64,000 bases of DNA, taken from assembly GCA_951406725.2 (NCBI GenBank), contig OX597825.1, positions 74,214,001-74,278,000 of the forward strand. The letters are read 5' to 3'. The stretch is from Octopus vulgaris (lineage: Eukaryota). Below, in pieces: positions 1 through 14,627 of this stretch. The position numbers were made by a program, and so were the translations under genes. Position 1 is the first letter of the stretch. Each line of letters begins with the position of its first letter. The notes under the pieces are model-generated. The model worked only from the letters and a program-made list of their open reading frames with translations. It did no database searches and was not told the origin of the DNA.

Positions 1-693
1 ATATGTACGCATGTGTATATGTGTATATACGTATGTAATATATGCATGCGTATATGTAATACGTGCGTGTGTGTGTGTGTGTATGCATGTATGTGTGAAT
101 ATAACCATTGCTTAAGTCCAATCCTATTATAAATACGAAGAAAACTTGAAACGAATGTTGAGTTATAATTTGTTTCTCATTATTTTTTTTCACATTATTC
201 TCTTCGTTCACACGCTTAAAGTATGGAACATTTTGAGCAGACGTAACACTGAAAGGAGCGCAGAAACTATTAGAAACAAAACAAGAATCATCTTTGAAAG
301 TCTATTTAAATACAAATACATTTATTGATCTGTGACAAAGAAATACGTAAGCCTAAGAATACTTAGAAATAATATTGTTTCATTTATATAACCACAACGT
401 ACCTACTTATTTTCAAAATAAACTATCGTTAATCAATGCTTTAACAAAAGAATATATATTTACTAAATAGGATTGGCTATAGGCATATGTTTTTAAGCTG
501 CCACGACTATTTAACTCGTCGCCATTTTAAAATATAATTTTAAAACTGTCCCAACAATTATATCTTCAACTATATGACGATTTGCCAAATCGAAACAGAA
601 AAATATTAATAAATAAACTATGATTCCTAACAAAGGCACATGGTGTAGATGGTAGGTTCTTCATTGAAGCCCAATATTTGATTTCGAAGTTGT

Positions 694-1096
694 CGAGCTG
701 GCAGAAACGTTAGCACGCCGGGCGAAATGCTGGGCGGTATTTCGTCTGACGTTACGTTCTGAGTTCAAATTCCTCCGAGGTCGACTTTGCCTTTCATCGA
801 TAAATTAAGAGCCAGTTACTCATTGGGGTCAATGTAATCGACTTAATCCCTTTGTCTGGCCTTTTTGTCCCCTCTGTGTGTTGCCCCCTTATGAGCAATA
901 AAGAAATAAGAAACGTTAGCACGCCGGGCGAAATGCTTAGAGGTGTTTCATCTGTCTTTACGTTCTGAGTTCAAATTCCACCGAGGAGGACTTAGCCTTT
1001 CATCCTTTTCGGGATCGATAATTTAAGTACCAGTTGTGTACTGGGGTCGATCCAATCGACTGCCCCCCACTCCGAAAATTTCGAGCCTTGTGCCTA
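694..1096 (+). mobile_element. tRNA-headed SINE family A, dimeric copy (full unit followed by a 5'-truncated second unit)
   Basis: Head GAGCTGGCAGAAACGTTAGC...GAGTTCAAATTCC (A/B-box-like), then GTCGACTTTGCCTTTCATC. A second unit restarts at ~910. Matches copies at 37496, 39321, 40624, 50117 and 62474. Confidence 0.9.
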
Positions 1097-1789
1097 TTTG
1101 CCCTCTATAAAATGATGATAACTCTGCTAAAGTGTATTTATTTACAGACATGATTCTCATAGGCTTTACCTTTATTCTATGCGGACTGTGTTGTCTTTCA
1201 TACAGTCAGAGGTATGCTGAATTATTCCTATGTCACTCCAGCTTTAAACACAGCAACGACGTATATATCGTCATCACACATTCTCGAGAATTGGTTGTAA
1301 GAGAGTTAGGCTATTTATATACATATTACTCCTTTTGTCAGCAATCGCTTTCGTTTCCATTGAAATTCTTAATAAAAACATTCTTTAATTTGGTAGTATT
1401 AGCATTCATGGACGTATGGCTTGCAGGCTTCAAGGTCGAACAACATTGTGGCCAAGACGTTACCTGGGACTATTTTTGTTGTCAAAATTATTTTGCTTAA
1501 GATTAAACAAGTTGCTTTATCTCATACTAATAGCTATGTACATAAAATTGTACTCAGAGTTTTACTGACATCCACAAGAATAACTGTAACATAGCAAAGT
1601 ACAGACCAGCGTCAAAAGCTATCTTATAGTGTTGCCATACTGACGCTAGACATCAGCGCGATGTTGCTTCACTGCTTATGGATAACCTAATTGATGAAGA
1701 GTTGTTTGACAAGACCCAAAACTGCATTTTTCTCTCTACCTTCTCATTTTCCATAATGTTGCACAAAAATACACGTTTGATATTGGAAA

Positions 1790-1865
<76 letters not shown>

Positions 1866-2062
1866 TTCTATGTAATCTCAAGTTTTAAAACAAACATTAT
1901 TTTCTTATAGTTTCTTAAACATTCTCTAGAACAACACTAAGTACAAAACCAAATATATAGCACCCTAGGCCTAACACCAACATGAACTTCCAACTTGTTG
2001 TCTCTTGGAGCCTACTTGTACAAATGTAAAGCAAAAGTCAAACACAGAATAATGATAATAAT
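1790..2062 (+). repeat. (AAT)n tract followed by a ~190-bp segment ending in AAT repeats; possible 3' tail of a TAA-targeting non-LTR element
   Basis: (AAT)n at 1790-1866, unique sequence to ~2048, then AATAATGATAATAATAA. The architecture resembles 56701-57185, but no coding remnant is visible. Confidence 0.35.
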
Positions 2063-3062
2063 AAAAATACAAAGCAATATTAAAATAAGCATACGGACAA
2101 TATACACTAGACGCAAGCAAAATTATATCAAAATTATATATCTCTAATGACGTATAAATCTCATGCTCAAAAATTCAGATTTTGGTGGAGATATTTACAT
2201 CAAAGTGCAACAGAAACTCGCAAAAACATCATTTCATATTGAAGCTTGGACTACGAAGAGGTATAAGGTCGATGGTGGATTTTACAAAGTACAGAAACAT
2301 AAAAAAGTCAAAAAATACAACCTGTTTTTAAAAAATAGCATCAATGACTCTGGGCAATGTAATCTAGATGTACTACAGCTAGGAAACATTTGAATATAGA
2401 TCTTTTATGTTTGGGTTTACCTGCAATTAAACAATAACAGCTGTAACAAAGCTATAAGTCGGTTTCATTCATAACTGAACGTCACATCTATCTGTGTCCT
2501 TATTATGCATGTATTTCCTTTTCATATCTCCTATATTACTGCATCGTTCTACACAATTCAAACTTTATTGACTATTATCCTAAGCAGAAACATCAGACAG
2601 TCTGTTGTAATCAATATACCGAATATAATTGTAGTAGTCTTTCGCATGTATTGCAGATAAAACGATGTAAGATCACTGAAAATTGACATAATTTAGAGTG
2701 AGAATCACCGATACAAAGAGGGAAAATTTAAAAGGCAAATTCTGAATCCGGTTGCTTGATAAAAGCTTTGTATTATCCTCTGTATAATTATCTTGAGGCA
2801 AAACAGACATTAACTATAAGCTAGTGCACTGATAATGAATAATTAAAAAAACACAGGTGAAAGCAGAGATTGCTTATCTTTTATCTTTTATCTTTTAGCT
2901 TTTGCTTGTTTCAGTCATTGGTCTGCGGACATGCTGGGGCAATGACCTAAATGAATTATAGATAAAGAAATGAACCTTACTGCTTACTGTTTTTTTTAAA
3001 GAATGCTACCTATTATATCGTTTTCTGTTGCCGAGCTTGACTGCGTGTGTACCGTTGGCGAT

Positions 3063-3580
<518 letters not shown>

Positions 3581-4528
3581 TATGTGTGTGTGTTATTCAT
3601 AGAGCTTTTTCACTTGTAAGGCATTGTTTGGTCAGGTTACTATAGTACAAGATGTTAAACTAAGGGGGTTCGTAGTGGGACTGAACCAGAGACCACGCGG
3701 CTGTTGCAAGTCGAGCTTCTTCATCACTCAGAAGTATCTGCTTCTATAATGACATTCTGATTGCCACACTCCGAATTGCCACTTCGGATTGCTACACTCC
3801 GAAACTATGACTGGCATAGTTGATTAAATATCTATCAAGATATGTATGTCTGTGCCTGCACCTCTGCATGCATATATATATACCTATATATGTATAGATA
3901 TACATATATATATTTATATATTTATGTATGTCACATACGCATAGACATACATGTATATATATTCATGTATATAAAAATGTACTTGTGCTTACAAAGATTA
4001 TATGCGTGCGCGTGTGTGTGTGTGTGTATTTTTATATATAATTTTCTTATATCTGTCAACACATTATATTAATTCATGTATAATTTACTCTTTTTACGAT
4101 ACGAAAAAAAACGCCATATGTATTATGTCTTTATTTTTAATCACTAGAGAATACATCATCATGATCGCCATCATCATACTCCGCATCCTTCTCCTCCACA
4201 TCATCACCGTATTCATCAATATCGTATTATATATCTTGTTTTATTTCCCTCTTTTATGTTACATTGTTTAAGCAATCTGTTTTTGCTGTCGTGAAATGAT
4301 ACAAAAAAAAAAAAGACGAAGGTGAGGGAAGCGAAGACAAACGGCTTTCAGTTGCTTTACTGCGTTTGTTGTCTTTATTTCTATCCTGCGTATCTCTGTG
4401 TGTAATATTGAAACATAAACGTACAATATATTTTAATACTAGTTGTTTTCAAATACATTCGCACATCCGTTTGATAGATCTCCGAATGTAACTGCTATTA
4501 TTCTGCGATGACTGAAGCTTACTCGCAA

Positions 4529-4584
<56 letters not shown>

Positions 4585-4586
4585 AC

Positions 4587-4647
<61 letters not shown>

Positions 4648-4715
4648 TATATACATATATACTTATATATATATATATACATATATCTATATGTGTGTGT
4701 ATGTGTGTGTGTATT

Positions 4716-4960
4716 GGTGCGTGGCTTAGTGGTTAGGGTGTCAGCATCATGATCATAAGATTTTGGTTTCGATTCCTGGACCGGGCGACGCGTTGTGTTT
4801 TTGAGCAAAACCCTTCATTTCACGTTTCTCCAGTCCACTCATATGGAAAAAAATGAGTAACGCTGCAACGGACTGGCGTCCCGTCCAGCTGGGGAACACA
4901 TACACCATTAAAACCGGGAAACCGGGTCCATGAGCCTGGCTAGGCTTTAAAAGGGCGCAT
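4716..4960 (+). mobile_element. tRNA-headed SINE family C
   Basis: Head GGTGCGTGGCTTAGTGGTTAGGG...GGTTTCGATTCC (A and B boxes). An inverted copy lies at 50541-50790. Confidence 0.85.
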
Positions 4961-4964
4961 TAAT

Positions 4965-5068
<104 letters not shown>

Positions 5069-5292
5069 CACACACAAACCAGTAGTGAAAAATTAAGATA
5101 AAGATGTATTAATCATCCATTTATGCGTACGTTTCATCATTGCAATAATTTGAAAGTTAGAATTATATCATTACATCTTTCTAAAGGAACACGACTAAGC
5201 AAACACCTGATGAATTAATGCAGTAAAGCATACTGATGCACGTGTGCGCACACACGCAGACAAACACACACGCACACAGACATATACACATC

Positions 5293-5754
5293 TAAAAATA
5301 ATAGTGCTTAGATATTTTATTTTCCCTTCATTATAGCAAGTTTGTCTTACAGCTGTTTCGAGTAGTATTTATAGGTACATTACTGATAGGTTTACTCAAC
5401 TTATTTATTAATCAACTGAAAAAAAAATTGAACGACGTAAAAAAATTAATGCTATTTTCATCACATCAATTCCTGGTTATAACAAGTAGAGCACTGAAGG
5501 AATGATTATTGCATGGGAGAGGAGAAGATGATGGAAAGATACAAGTAGATGAGAGAGCAACAGCCATTCCTTCAGTGCTTTGATTCTTATAACCACAAAT
5601 AGCTGTGATGAGAGTCGCGTTAATTTCCTTAGGTCGTTCAGTTTTTCTCAGTTGATTAATCGACCAATAAACCTATGAGTAATGTAACTAAAATGACGAC
5701 TGTAAGCCAAATTAGCTTCAATAAAGGGTAAATATTTAATGTCCATTATTTCTA
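5293..5754. mobile_element. Foldback / MITE-like element with ~200-bp diverged inverted arms
   Basis: Arm pairs include AGCACTGAAGGAATG/CATTCCTTCAGTGCT, ATTAATCAACTGA/TCAGTTGATTAAT and TACATTACTGATAGGTTTA/TAAACCTATGAGTAATGTA, around a ~55-bp purine-rich spacer. Confidence 0.75.
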
Positions 5755-6039
5755 ACTTGTTTTTTCAATCACTCTGTGCAAAACCCAGTCTGTCTGGAGC
5801 TCATCTACGGATTTACAATATAAAATTGTGATAAACCATAACCTTGGAACCTGCCACAAGCTTACCCGGATTCTTCACTAATCTAAATAATATTGTTAGC
5901 TTTGTGTGCCAACGTAAAGGAAGCTTTTTTCCCGGATTGATAATCCCTCGCTATTAGCTATAAATAAATGTGTGTGTGTGAGAGTGTGAGTGCGCGTGTG
6001 TGTGTGTGTACGTGTGTGTAAATGTAAGACTCAAGGATC

Positions 6040-6370
6040 AGGGTGTAAGAAGTTAGTGAGATTCAAGAAACCCGTACAAGATATAGCTAGCGGAACCTTA
6101 GAAGTAGTGAATCCTCCATACGAGGATTAGATGGCAAGCTGCTGATTAGGCCAAGGGTACCTTGATTATTTGAAGTTCGCATTGCTGTTAGGTGATCCAT
6201 AGTTAACTCGTTGGCTATCCGATCGAAAACTTCATATAATAAACCTAATCTTGGCTTGATAAATAGCTTGTGGGCTACACCTAGTTTGGATAATTTACTA
6301 CTTCCGGTATTCCGGCAGCTATGAAACATATGTAACCTTGTAACCTTGATTTTATTTACACCCTTCCATA
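6040..6370. repeat. Unclassified interspersed repeat (second copy at ~10965-11150)
   Basis: GCTGCTGATTAGGCCAAGGGTACCTTGATTATTTGAAG aligns with GCTACTTATTAGACCGAAGGTACCTTAGTTAAATGAAG at ~11052. Confidence 0.6.
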
Positions 6371-6392
6371 ATTTATATATATATATATACAT

Positions 6393-6620
6393 TCTTTTAC
6401 TTGTTTCAGTCATTTGACTGTGGCCATGCTGAAGCACCGCATTTAGTCGAGCACATCGACCCCAGGACTTATTCTTTGTAAGCCTAATACTTATTCTATC
6501 GGTCTCTTTTGCCGAACCGCTTAGTTACGGGGAAGCAACCTTACCAGCATCGGTTGTAAAGCGATGTTGGGGGACAAACACAGACACACAAGCGTATACA
6601 CTCACACACACACACACACT

Positions 6621-6661
<41 letters not shown>

Positions 6662-6841
6662 ACATGTATATGTATATATACGACACGCTTTGTTTTAGTT
6701 TCCGTCTACCAAATCCACTCACATGGCTTTGGTCGGCCTGAGGCTATAGTAAAAGGCACTTGCCCAAGGTGCCATGCAGTTGAATTGAACTGAACCCGAA
6801 ACCATGTGGTTCGTAAGCAAGCTACATACCACGCAGTCACT

Positions 6842-6844
<3 letters not shown>
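6393..6844 (-). mobile_element. tRNA-headed SINE family B with CORE-like domain and internal (CA)/(TA) microsatellite
   Basis: The minus strand begins AGGAGTGACTGCGTGGT...GGTTCAGTTC, then ACCTTGGGCAAGTG (CORE-like). Near-identical to 17751-18135 and 50851-51247. Confidence 0.9.
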
Positions 6845-6878
<34 letters not shown>

Positions 6879-6949
6879 TAGATCATTTTGAGAGTCATTT
6901 TTAGTCCTACATAAGCTAACGATCTCAGAACTGCAAGCACACCGGACAA

Positions 6950-7485
6950 AAGTATTAAAACAATATAAAAACAAAATATAATGTAATAACTGTAATTGTG
7001 TGTATGGAGTCGGTTTTTATATAAACATATATGTAAAGGTTTCATTCTCAGTGTTTGTATGCAAACCCTGCATGTAGCAATATTTCTCAACACCGCTTGG
7101 GAAAGAATATTGCTATTAGTAAGAGACAAAATTGTTTTCATTTCTAGAAGGCAGGTGACGAAGACTGTGTACTGCATTGCAAAGCTTCTGAAACGATATA
7201 ATATAATATTTATTATTGTGCACGGGGTGTCTTTATACATAAGCGTATATATTAAGGAGTCCTTCTCAGCTTTTGTACTCAAGCCCAGCATACCGTAATG
7301 TCTCTCAACACCACTGACAAAAGAGAGCACTGCTGTTAGTAGGTGTCGAAATCATTAGAAGCTTTGAAATGCAGCTGAAGAAGGATGGTGTAATGCATTG
7401 CAAATTGCCTGAAAAGATATGCTATAATATCTGTAACCGACTGTGGTGTGGTCTGTGTTTATACATAAGCATATATATAGAAGTG
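6950..7485 (+). repeat. Diverged ~220-bp tandem repeat (about 2.5 units) with an HHR-like core per unit
   Basis: Anchors recur at ~220 bp: TTCTCAG at 7045 and 7263; TGCATTGCAAA at ~7173 and ~7394; TTTATACATAAGC at ~7232 and ~7458; cores at 7155 and 7375. Confidence 0.7.
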
Positions 7486-7878
7486 CAACGTTCAACTAGA
7501 CACTCCCATATTATCTCGCAGATGAGAAAACAAATAAAAAGTAATTTATGCCGAATAAACAAATACAAAACCATATGAAAAATATCAAACAAAACATTGA
7601 TCGACATATATTTTAATGGACAAAATAGTTTTGTGTTACATATTTTTTATTGAATTTTCCTCTTTTTTTTGTGGTGCATATTAAGTTTCCATTTCTTTTT
7701 TATTAAAGACAAGCAGACAATAGGTCTAATTGCCAAGATGTAGATATGGTTTATCATTTTAAGATCGAAATGCATATACTTAAACAAACAATGTGTAAAT
7801 GGTAGAAAGAGTTCGGCATTATGTGACCATGTTATTTGCAGAAAATAAAATCGATCTCACAAATATAAAGGTGCATGC

Positions 7879-8051
7879 ATACACAAACACATGTATACAT
7901 GCATGTATGTATGTATGTATGTATGTATGTATGTATGTATGTATGTATGTATGTATGTATGTATGTATGCATGTATGTATGCATGTATATATATATATAT
8001 ATATATACATGTATATAAAATCCGCATATATGTTTACATATGTACACGTAT

Positions 8052-8097
<46 letters not shown>

Positions 8098-8392
8098 AGC
8101 ACATTTGTATGCACAGACGTGTACATCTACACACAACACATATATGAGCATGTATATATATATATATATATTGTATACGTGTACATATGTAAACATATAT
8201 GCGGATTTTATATACATGTATATATATATATATATACATACATGCATACATACATACATACATGCATACATACATACATACATACATACATACATACATA
8301 CATGCATGTATACATGTGTTTGTGTATACATGCTCATATATGTGTTGTGTGTATATGTACACGTCAGTGCATACAAATGTGCTTGTGTATAC
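7879..8392. repeat. Inverted duplication with A-B-A'-B' arrangement
   Basis: AAAATCCGCATATATGTTTACATATGTACACG (~8017) is inverted at ~8177. CAAGCACATTTGTATGCAC (~8096) is inverted at ~8367. Confidence 0.85.
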
Positions 8393-8738
8393 ACAGACAC
8401 ATGCACATGATGTGGTGCACACCGCACAAACACGCAGTCATAAACACGTACGCATAGATATATACACACAAACACACACATATATGCAAATTCGTGTACA
8501 CAAACGCATCATATTCATATCATCATAGATCAGAGGTTAAAAACAAAGTAGAGAGTAGGAGGAAAGTCAAAAGTGTAGGTTTAGAATGAAGGGGGAGAAA
8601 ATGGGGACATGTAGTGCTTGTTAGGAAAGTTTTGTGACTTGAATGATGCAAAATTGCAAAATATACTTTAAATCTCTCACGGATTTTGTATTTGGTTTTC
8701 ATGTGTATTCGTATAAGGGAGCACACTCGCAGGCAGAA

Positions 8739-8774
<36 letters not shown>

Positions 8775-8894
8775 TAACGCACACAAATAAGTTATACATA
8801 TATGCGTACACATATACACCAATGTACGCAAATATACGATGATCGATTTGGTACATACATACGTCTACATGTAGTAAGAACAGGCAGCAACAGT

Positions 8895-9179
8895 AATGAT
8901 GATGATGATGATGATGATGATGATGTTGATGATGATGATGATGAGGAGGAGGAGGAGGAGGACAAGGAGGAAGAGGAGGAAGGGGAGGAGGAGGAAGAAG
9001 AGGGGAGGAAGAGGAGGAAAGGGAGGAGGAAGGGGAGGAGGAAGAAGAGGAGGACAATGAGGAGGAAGAGAAGGAGGAGGAAGAGAAGGAGGAGGAAGAA
9101 GAGGAGGCAGAAGTGGAGGGAGAGAAGGAGGAGGAAGAAGAGGTGGAGGGGAGGGGGGAGAGAGAGGAGCAGGAAGAGA

Positions 9180-9228
<49 letters not shown>

Positions 9229-9238
9229 CGATGATGAT
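8895..9238. repeat. (GAT)n-(GAG/GAA)n-(GAT)n polypurine trinucleotide tract
   Basis: Read directly from the sequence. Confidence 0.95.
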
Positions 9239-10303
9239 ACTTTCTTTATAAGCCACAGGTGGTGGAAGTACATCATGCACACATGCACACATGCACACAA
9301 ACACATACACACACACACACACAGCAGAAATCAATACATCTGCTGGTGTGTGTTGAGGCTTGGCAATTTGGAATTGCATTCACATAAAAATACGATGCAA
9401 CTAGTTTCAAAATATTGACGTATCCAGTTTTTACGTAATACGGTTCCTGCACTTTAGTACGTTAAAATGTACAGAAACAAACGAAAAAAATAAATCTAGA
9501 CACTTGTATTTTGATCCTCAGTGCTTCGTGTGCGAATTCTGAACAGATTTAATGGCTTACCGAAAGAAAAAATAAATAAGAGAAGCACCATGAAAATTAT
9601 CACAGCATCCGAGACTGTTGGGATGAAAGCAGTAAAGTATTCGAAAATCGGATCCTAGTTCTGCACCTTACTAAAAACACACAAGATGCCAGGAGGTGGC
9701 CTTAAACCAAGCAGCCGTTTAACCCTACCAACAACAGTCATTTCTTTACACTTCCACAGCTGACGTCTACTTAATCTCACTTACGAGGTTTTTCGTAAAA
9801 GCTAGAATATTTTATTACTCACCCAAGCCGTGCTGTAGAATCAAGTCAGATATCACAAGTACTTGCAGAGCAGATAATTTAATCGGCAACAGCCCCGTCT
9901 CATCTCATGGTTTATAGCTGTTATAACTAGACGAACGAAAAGCACTTTTTGAAAAGAAGTATAGGATATCTTAGAATAAAACAATATCTCGGTTCTACTT
10001 GGTAAATTGATAGATTGATTTCATTAGCTGTACTGAGGTACTGTCTGCAAGAGTAGATTATTCTTTAATATATTGTTCTTCGCCATGCGAATGAAATATT
10101 AGAAATGTTCCGTTGAAAGCAATAAAGCGTCTTCAAGCTTCTTAGGAAATAAACCAACTTCTTACTTTATCCGTCTACGACTTTTGCTTTTGTTATTAAA
10201 TCTTTTCACGGTGACTGATACGAATACAGCATCATTCAGTAAAGCTAAGTACATATTAAGTGTATACGTATGTAAGTATGAAAATATGTATTTATACATA
10301 CAT

Positions 10304-10335
<32 letters not shown>

Positions 10336-10344
10336 GTTTATATG

Positions 10345-10406
<62 letters not shown>

Positions 10407-11453
10407 TTTATATACATACATACATATATACATACACACACACACATATATATATACATGCATACATACGTATATATATATATTGGAATTAATATATATA
10501 TATAATTATATATATATATATACATACATACATAATACATATATACATACATATACATATTTCTATAAATACATGCATAGATAAATACATATTTGTGTGT
10601 GTGTGTGTGCGTGCTCATACACATGTATGCATGTACATGCTTATATACAAGACGGAAACTATTCGGCAAACATAAAACCACGTACTTACACACAAATATT
10701 ATTTTGTGTTGATATTTCAAACTTTTCGTTACTATACATCATACACTTTATAGTAATTCTTCACAATGGCAAATGAACTGGAGAAAAAAGTGCATACACA
10801 CAAATACACGCACAAATGCACACAAATACGTATTACACACATTTTTTCTATACGCATTTAGACACGGGTATATGTCTATATGTGCCTGTGTATGTATATG
10901 TATATGTACATATATATTATACACACGTGTGTGTGTGTGTGTGTGTGTGTATACAAATTTAGGGAATAGAGCAGGTAAAATCTAGGCTACATATATTTCG
11001 TAGATAGCAGGATCTCAGAAGTACTAATTACTAGTCGAGGGTACTCCACTAGCTACTTATTAGACCGAAGGTACCTTAGTTAAATGAAGGTTACGTTGTC
11101 GCCAAGGGATCCCAAGTTAATTCACAGATTTGGTCGAAGATTTATATATGAATATAAGCATTAACATCTATCTATCTATGTACTTACCTCCTAACACACT
11201 CACAGACATACAAATGCTCGCACATACACACACACGCACACACACAAACTTACATAAATACACATCTTTTTTTATCTTTTTCTTGTTTCCGTTTTAAGAC
11301 TGCGAATATGCTAGGGAATGCCTCAAAGAATTTTTATTCGAATGGATGACTTCTAGTCCCTTTTTTTAAAATTTAAACCTGATCCGTATTCTACCGCTCT
11401 ATTTTGCAGAAAGGCTAAGCGGCGGGCACGAAACGCACAAATAGATAGACGGA

Positions 11454-11619
<166 letters not shown>

Positions 11620-13849
11620 GTGGATGGATGGATGGATGGATGGATGGATGGATGGATGGATACATTCGTACATACGTAGATACATACAATCATCGCACTT
11701 AAACACTTGACATTCTGAGAAACCAAAGGAAGCGGATGTGCCTATAGATAGATTTCCCCAAAGGTGCACTTCAGCTAAACTACAGATCTTACGAAGCCGT
11801 TATGTAAGTGGCATAGATAATGCACACGCATGTGTACACATAGGGAATTTACGCATATTTATACCGTTATCAGACACGCAACCCAGCAACCAAACAACCA
11901 ACTAACGAAATCCATCTGATTTTTATTTCCGTAACACACGACCAACAAAAAGACCACGTTCCCAGTGGTTTTTGATTTTTCACTAAATGATATTTAAACA
12001 TTTGATCTCCGATTTGTGTAATTATTCTTATACGTAATGTTTAAGTTTCCGTTGTAACCTTTATTCGTCCAGTAGTGTTTAATCGCGGAATAAGTAAATT
12101 TAGTTCATATTTACAGAAATATGTTCCTCATTCAGCGACTGTATTTTCTCATTCCTTTCTGAAAAATGAATGTTTTTGATAATAATTTTCTATAAATACG
12201 TTTTAGATGGTATAGAATTTTTGTGACAATCTTTTTTCGAAGGACGGGAGCGGATTTTCGGATAAATCACACGCCTAGACGTTTTCCCTCATACATTTTG
12301 ATGATATAGATTGCAATTATGTTGTAATTAGTTTCTTTTGAAACCCACTTGATCCTTGATGCAATTTAGTATTTATTACTAGTGTTAACATTAGTAGAAT
12401 TCTTTCAGGGACTTTTCCGAAAATGATGGAATATTCCGAAAAGTTTCCAACATAATTTTAATCTACGTAATTGTAACCGCTGGATCCAAGTCTGAATATT
12501 CTGATTAATCCATAACAGGTACCCTGCCAAGTGTTTACAATTCTGGGTCAGAGTAAAACTGGATACAATAATATCTAAGAAGTGGTTCAGCACTCCACAA
12601 TACCTGGAGACTCCTGAACCAGTGCTTCGTATAGTTCAAGGTGTGGTGTGATCAACATGGATATTTGACCGTGGATTTGCTATGAAGGTTTTGCTATGTC
12701 TCCCAAAATTTAGCCTTCAATATTCTAGTCTATGCATAAAAACCAACAATACAACAGCAACAAGGCATTAAGCATCTTCGCAATCAAGTTTTACTTTGTT
12801 GTTTTCCGCAAGGCTACCAGGAAAAGACAACTTACGCGGGCAAAAAATTTATGCTGTAACTGACTTTCCTGAATGTTTAATGCTTGGAAGGTGCAGGTGA
12901 ATTCCAAAGAAGTGCTCATAATTACAAGTTATATTGCCATAGAAATACAACACACAAAGTTCGTGACATGGATTGGCATGAACAAAAGTTCTGATTATCA
13001 GTGTCATAGGTGCTTGGGAAAACTAATGTGGAGTCAGCACAGGGAATGAAGGTTCTGAGGCAGGATGGATTTACACAAACAATGTTAATGCAAAATTAGA
13101 TGTATTAGGCTTGGGTCCCTCTGATTCGAACCTCAAGGATCTATGGAGAAAAAAAAAAGACAGCAAAATATCAGTGACGCCAGGAGGGAAATGTTTTCAT
13201 TTTAAAAACCATTTCATACAAACAAGTGAATGAGAAGTCACCGAGTGAGTTTTGGAACTGCTAGAAAGAGAAACCATATCTATCTGAAACCACACTCTAC
13301 CCTTTTAACATAAGGATGAAAATCTCTAGTTAATGTGGCCTAAAGTGATCTCTTCCAATGGGAGAATATTTTGATTGGCAGCCTTTTTTCACATGACAGC
13401 TTTTAAGGTTTAGCTAGGCGAGATAATACCAAAAAAAAAAAACAAACAAGACAATCTTAAAATGAAATGAGGAAAAATGCAGAATCTTTCTCAAAAATAG
13501 TTTTACTTATCAAAAAGTAAATCTATGTGTGTAATTCCATTAAGAACGTTCTATAGGAGACAGTGTATCTGTTCTTGATGAAAATACGCATGTGTGGTTT
13601 CTTATTCTAAATATAAATTAAATTCTTGTCAGAGATAAAGTTAAAAGTAAGTACATCATTGCATTAGTGCAAATATTTATATACATGCATATAATGTATA
13701 TGTGCCTATGTGTAAACACACGCAAACACACACATACAGCATTCTCACACACAGAACACACACACACACACATATATGTAATATACATAGATACATATGC
13801 ATACCTATACATGTACACATGTATTTACACATCTCGCTCTGTATCTATA

Positions 13850-13904
<55 letters not shown>

Positions 13905-14064
13905 TTGTGTATGTGTGTGTGTGTGTGTTTGTATGTATGTATGTATATATGTATATTAATATGCATACACTTATGCTTATAAGAATCAATTTTTTTTCAA
14001 TAAAATATATTTTTGTATATGTGCACTTAGTGTATGAGTAAGCATATGGGTATTTACGTAAATA

Positions 14065-14104
<40 letters not shown>

Positions 14105-14116
14105 CGTGTCTGAGTG

Positions 14117-14152
<36 letters not shown>

Positions 14153-14205
14153 TTTGTGCGTGAATAAGTGTATGAATACTGGCATGCATAAATATTTACA
14201 TATAC

Positions 14206-14244
<39 letters not shown>

Positions 14245-14627
14245 CATACACATACATATAAATATACGTACTTACACAGAGACGTAGATTCTTCGCGAAT
14301 TTGCACGTATGAATGAGTGCAATATGACATATACACTTATATGTTAAACATTAAAAAACCAAACAAACCAGATGAGATGAAAAGATAATTATCCACCACA
14401 CAGTATATATATCATTGATCATCTAGAATCCTTTGTGAAGTTGGTGAAGATCCCTCTTGTGTTTATCTTCCACCATCACTTCTTCTTCTGCAATAATTCC
14501 TCCTTGCATTCACAACGCCGCAGAAGACATTTACTATAATCGATAAAACGTACAGAAACAACTCTGTGTGTATTTATAGGTGAATCGCGCGGATATATGC
14601 GCACGACGACGGCGATGAGGGTATTGC

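Noticed and set aside
1132-1500. 122-aa ORF
   Set aside because: GTG start, no recognisable domain and no convincing splice signals.
3757-3803. Three short ATTGCCACACTCCGA-like repeats (similar local duplications at 40277, 47047 and 60157)
   Set aside because: Ordinary slippage duplications with no further structure.
4716-4790. tRNA gene calls for SINE heads (also ~50010-50087 and 37496-37585)
   Set aside because: They have A/B boxes but run into dispersed SINE bodies, some with TSDs, and I could not build a convincing cloverleaf.
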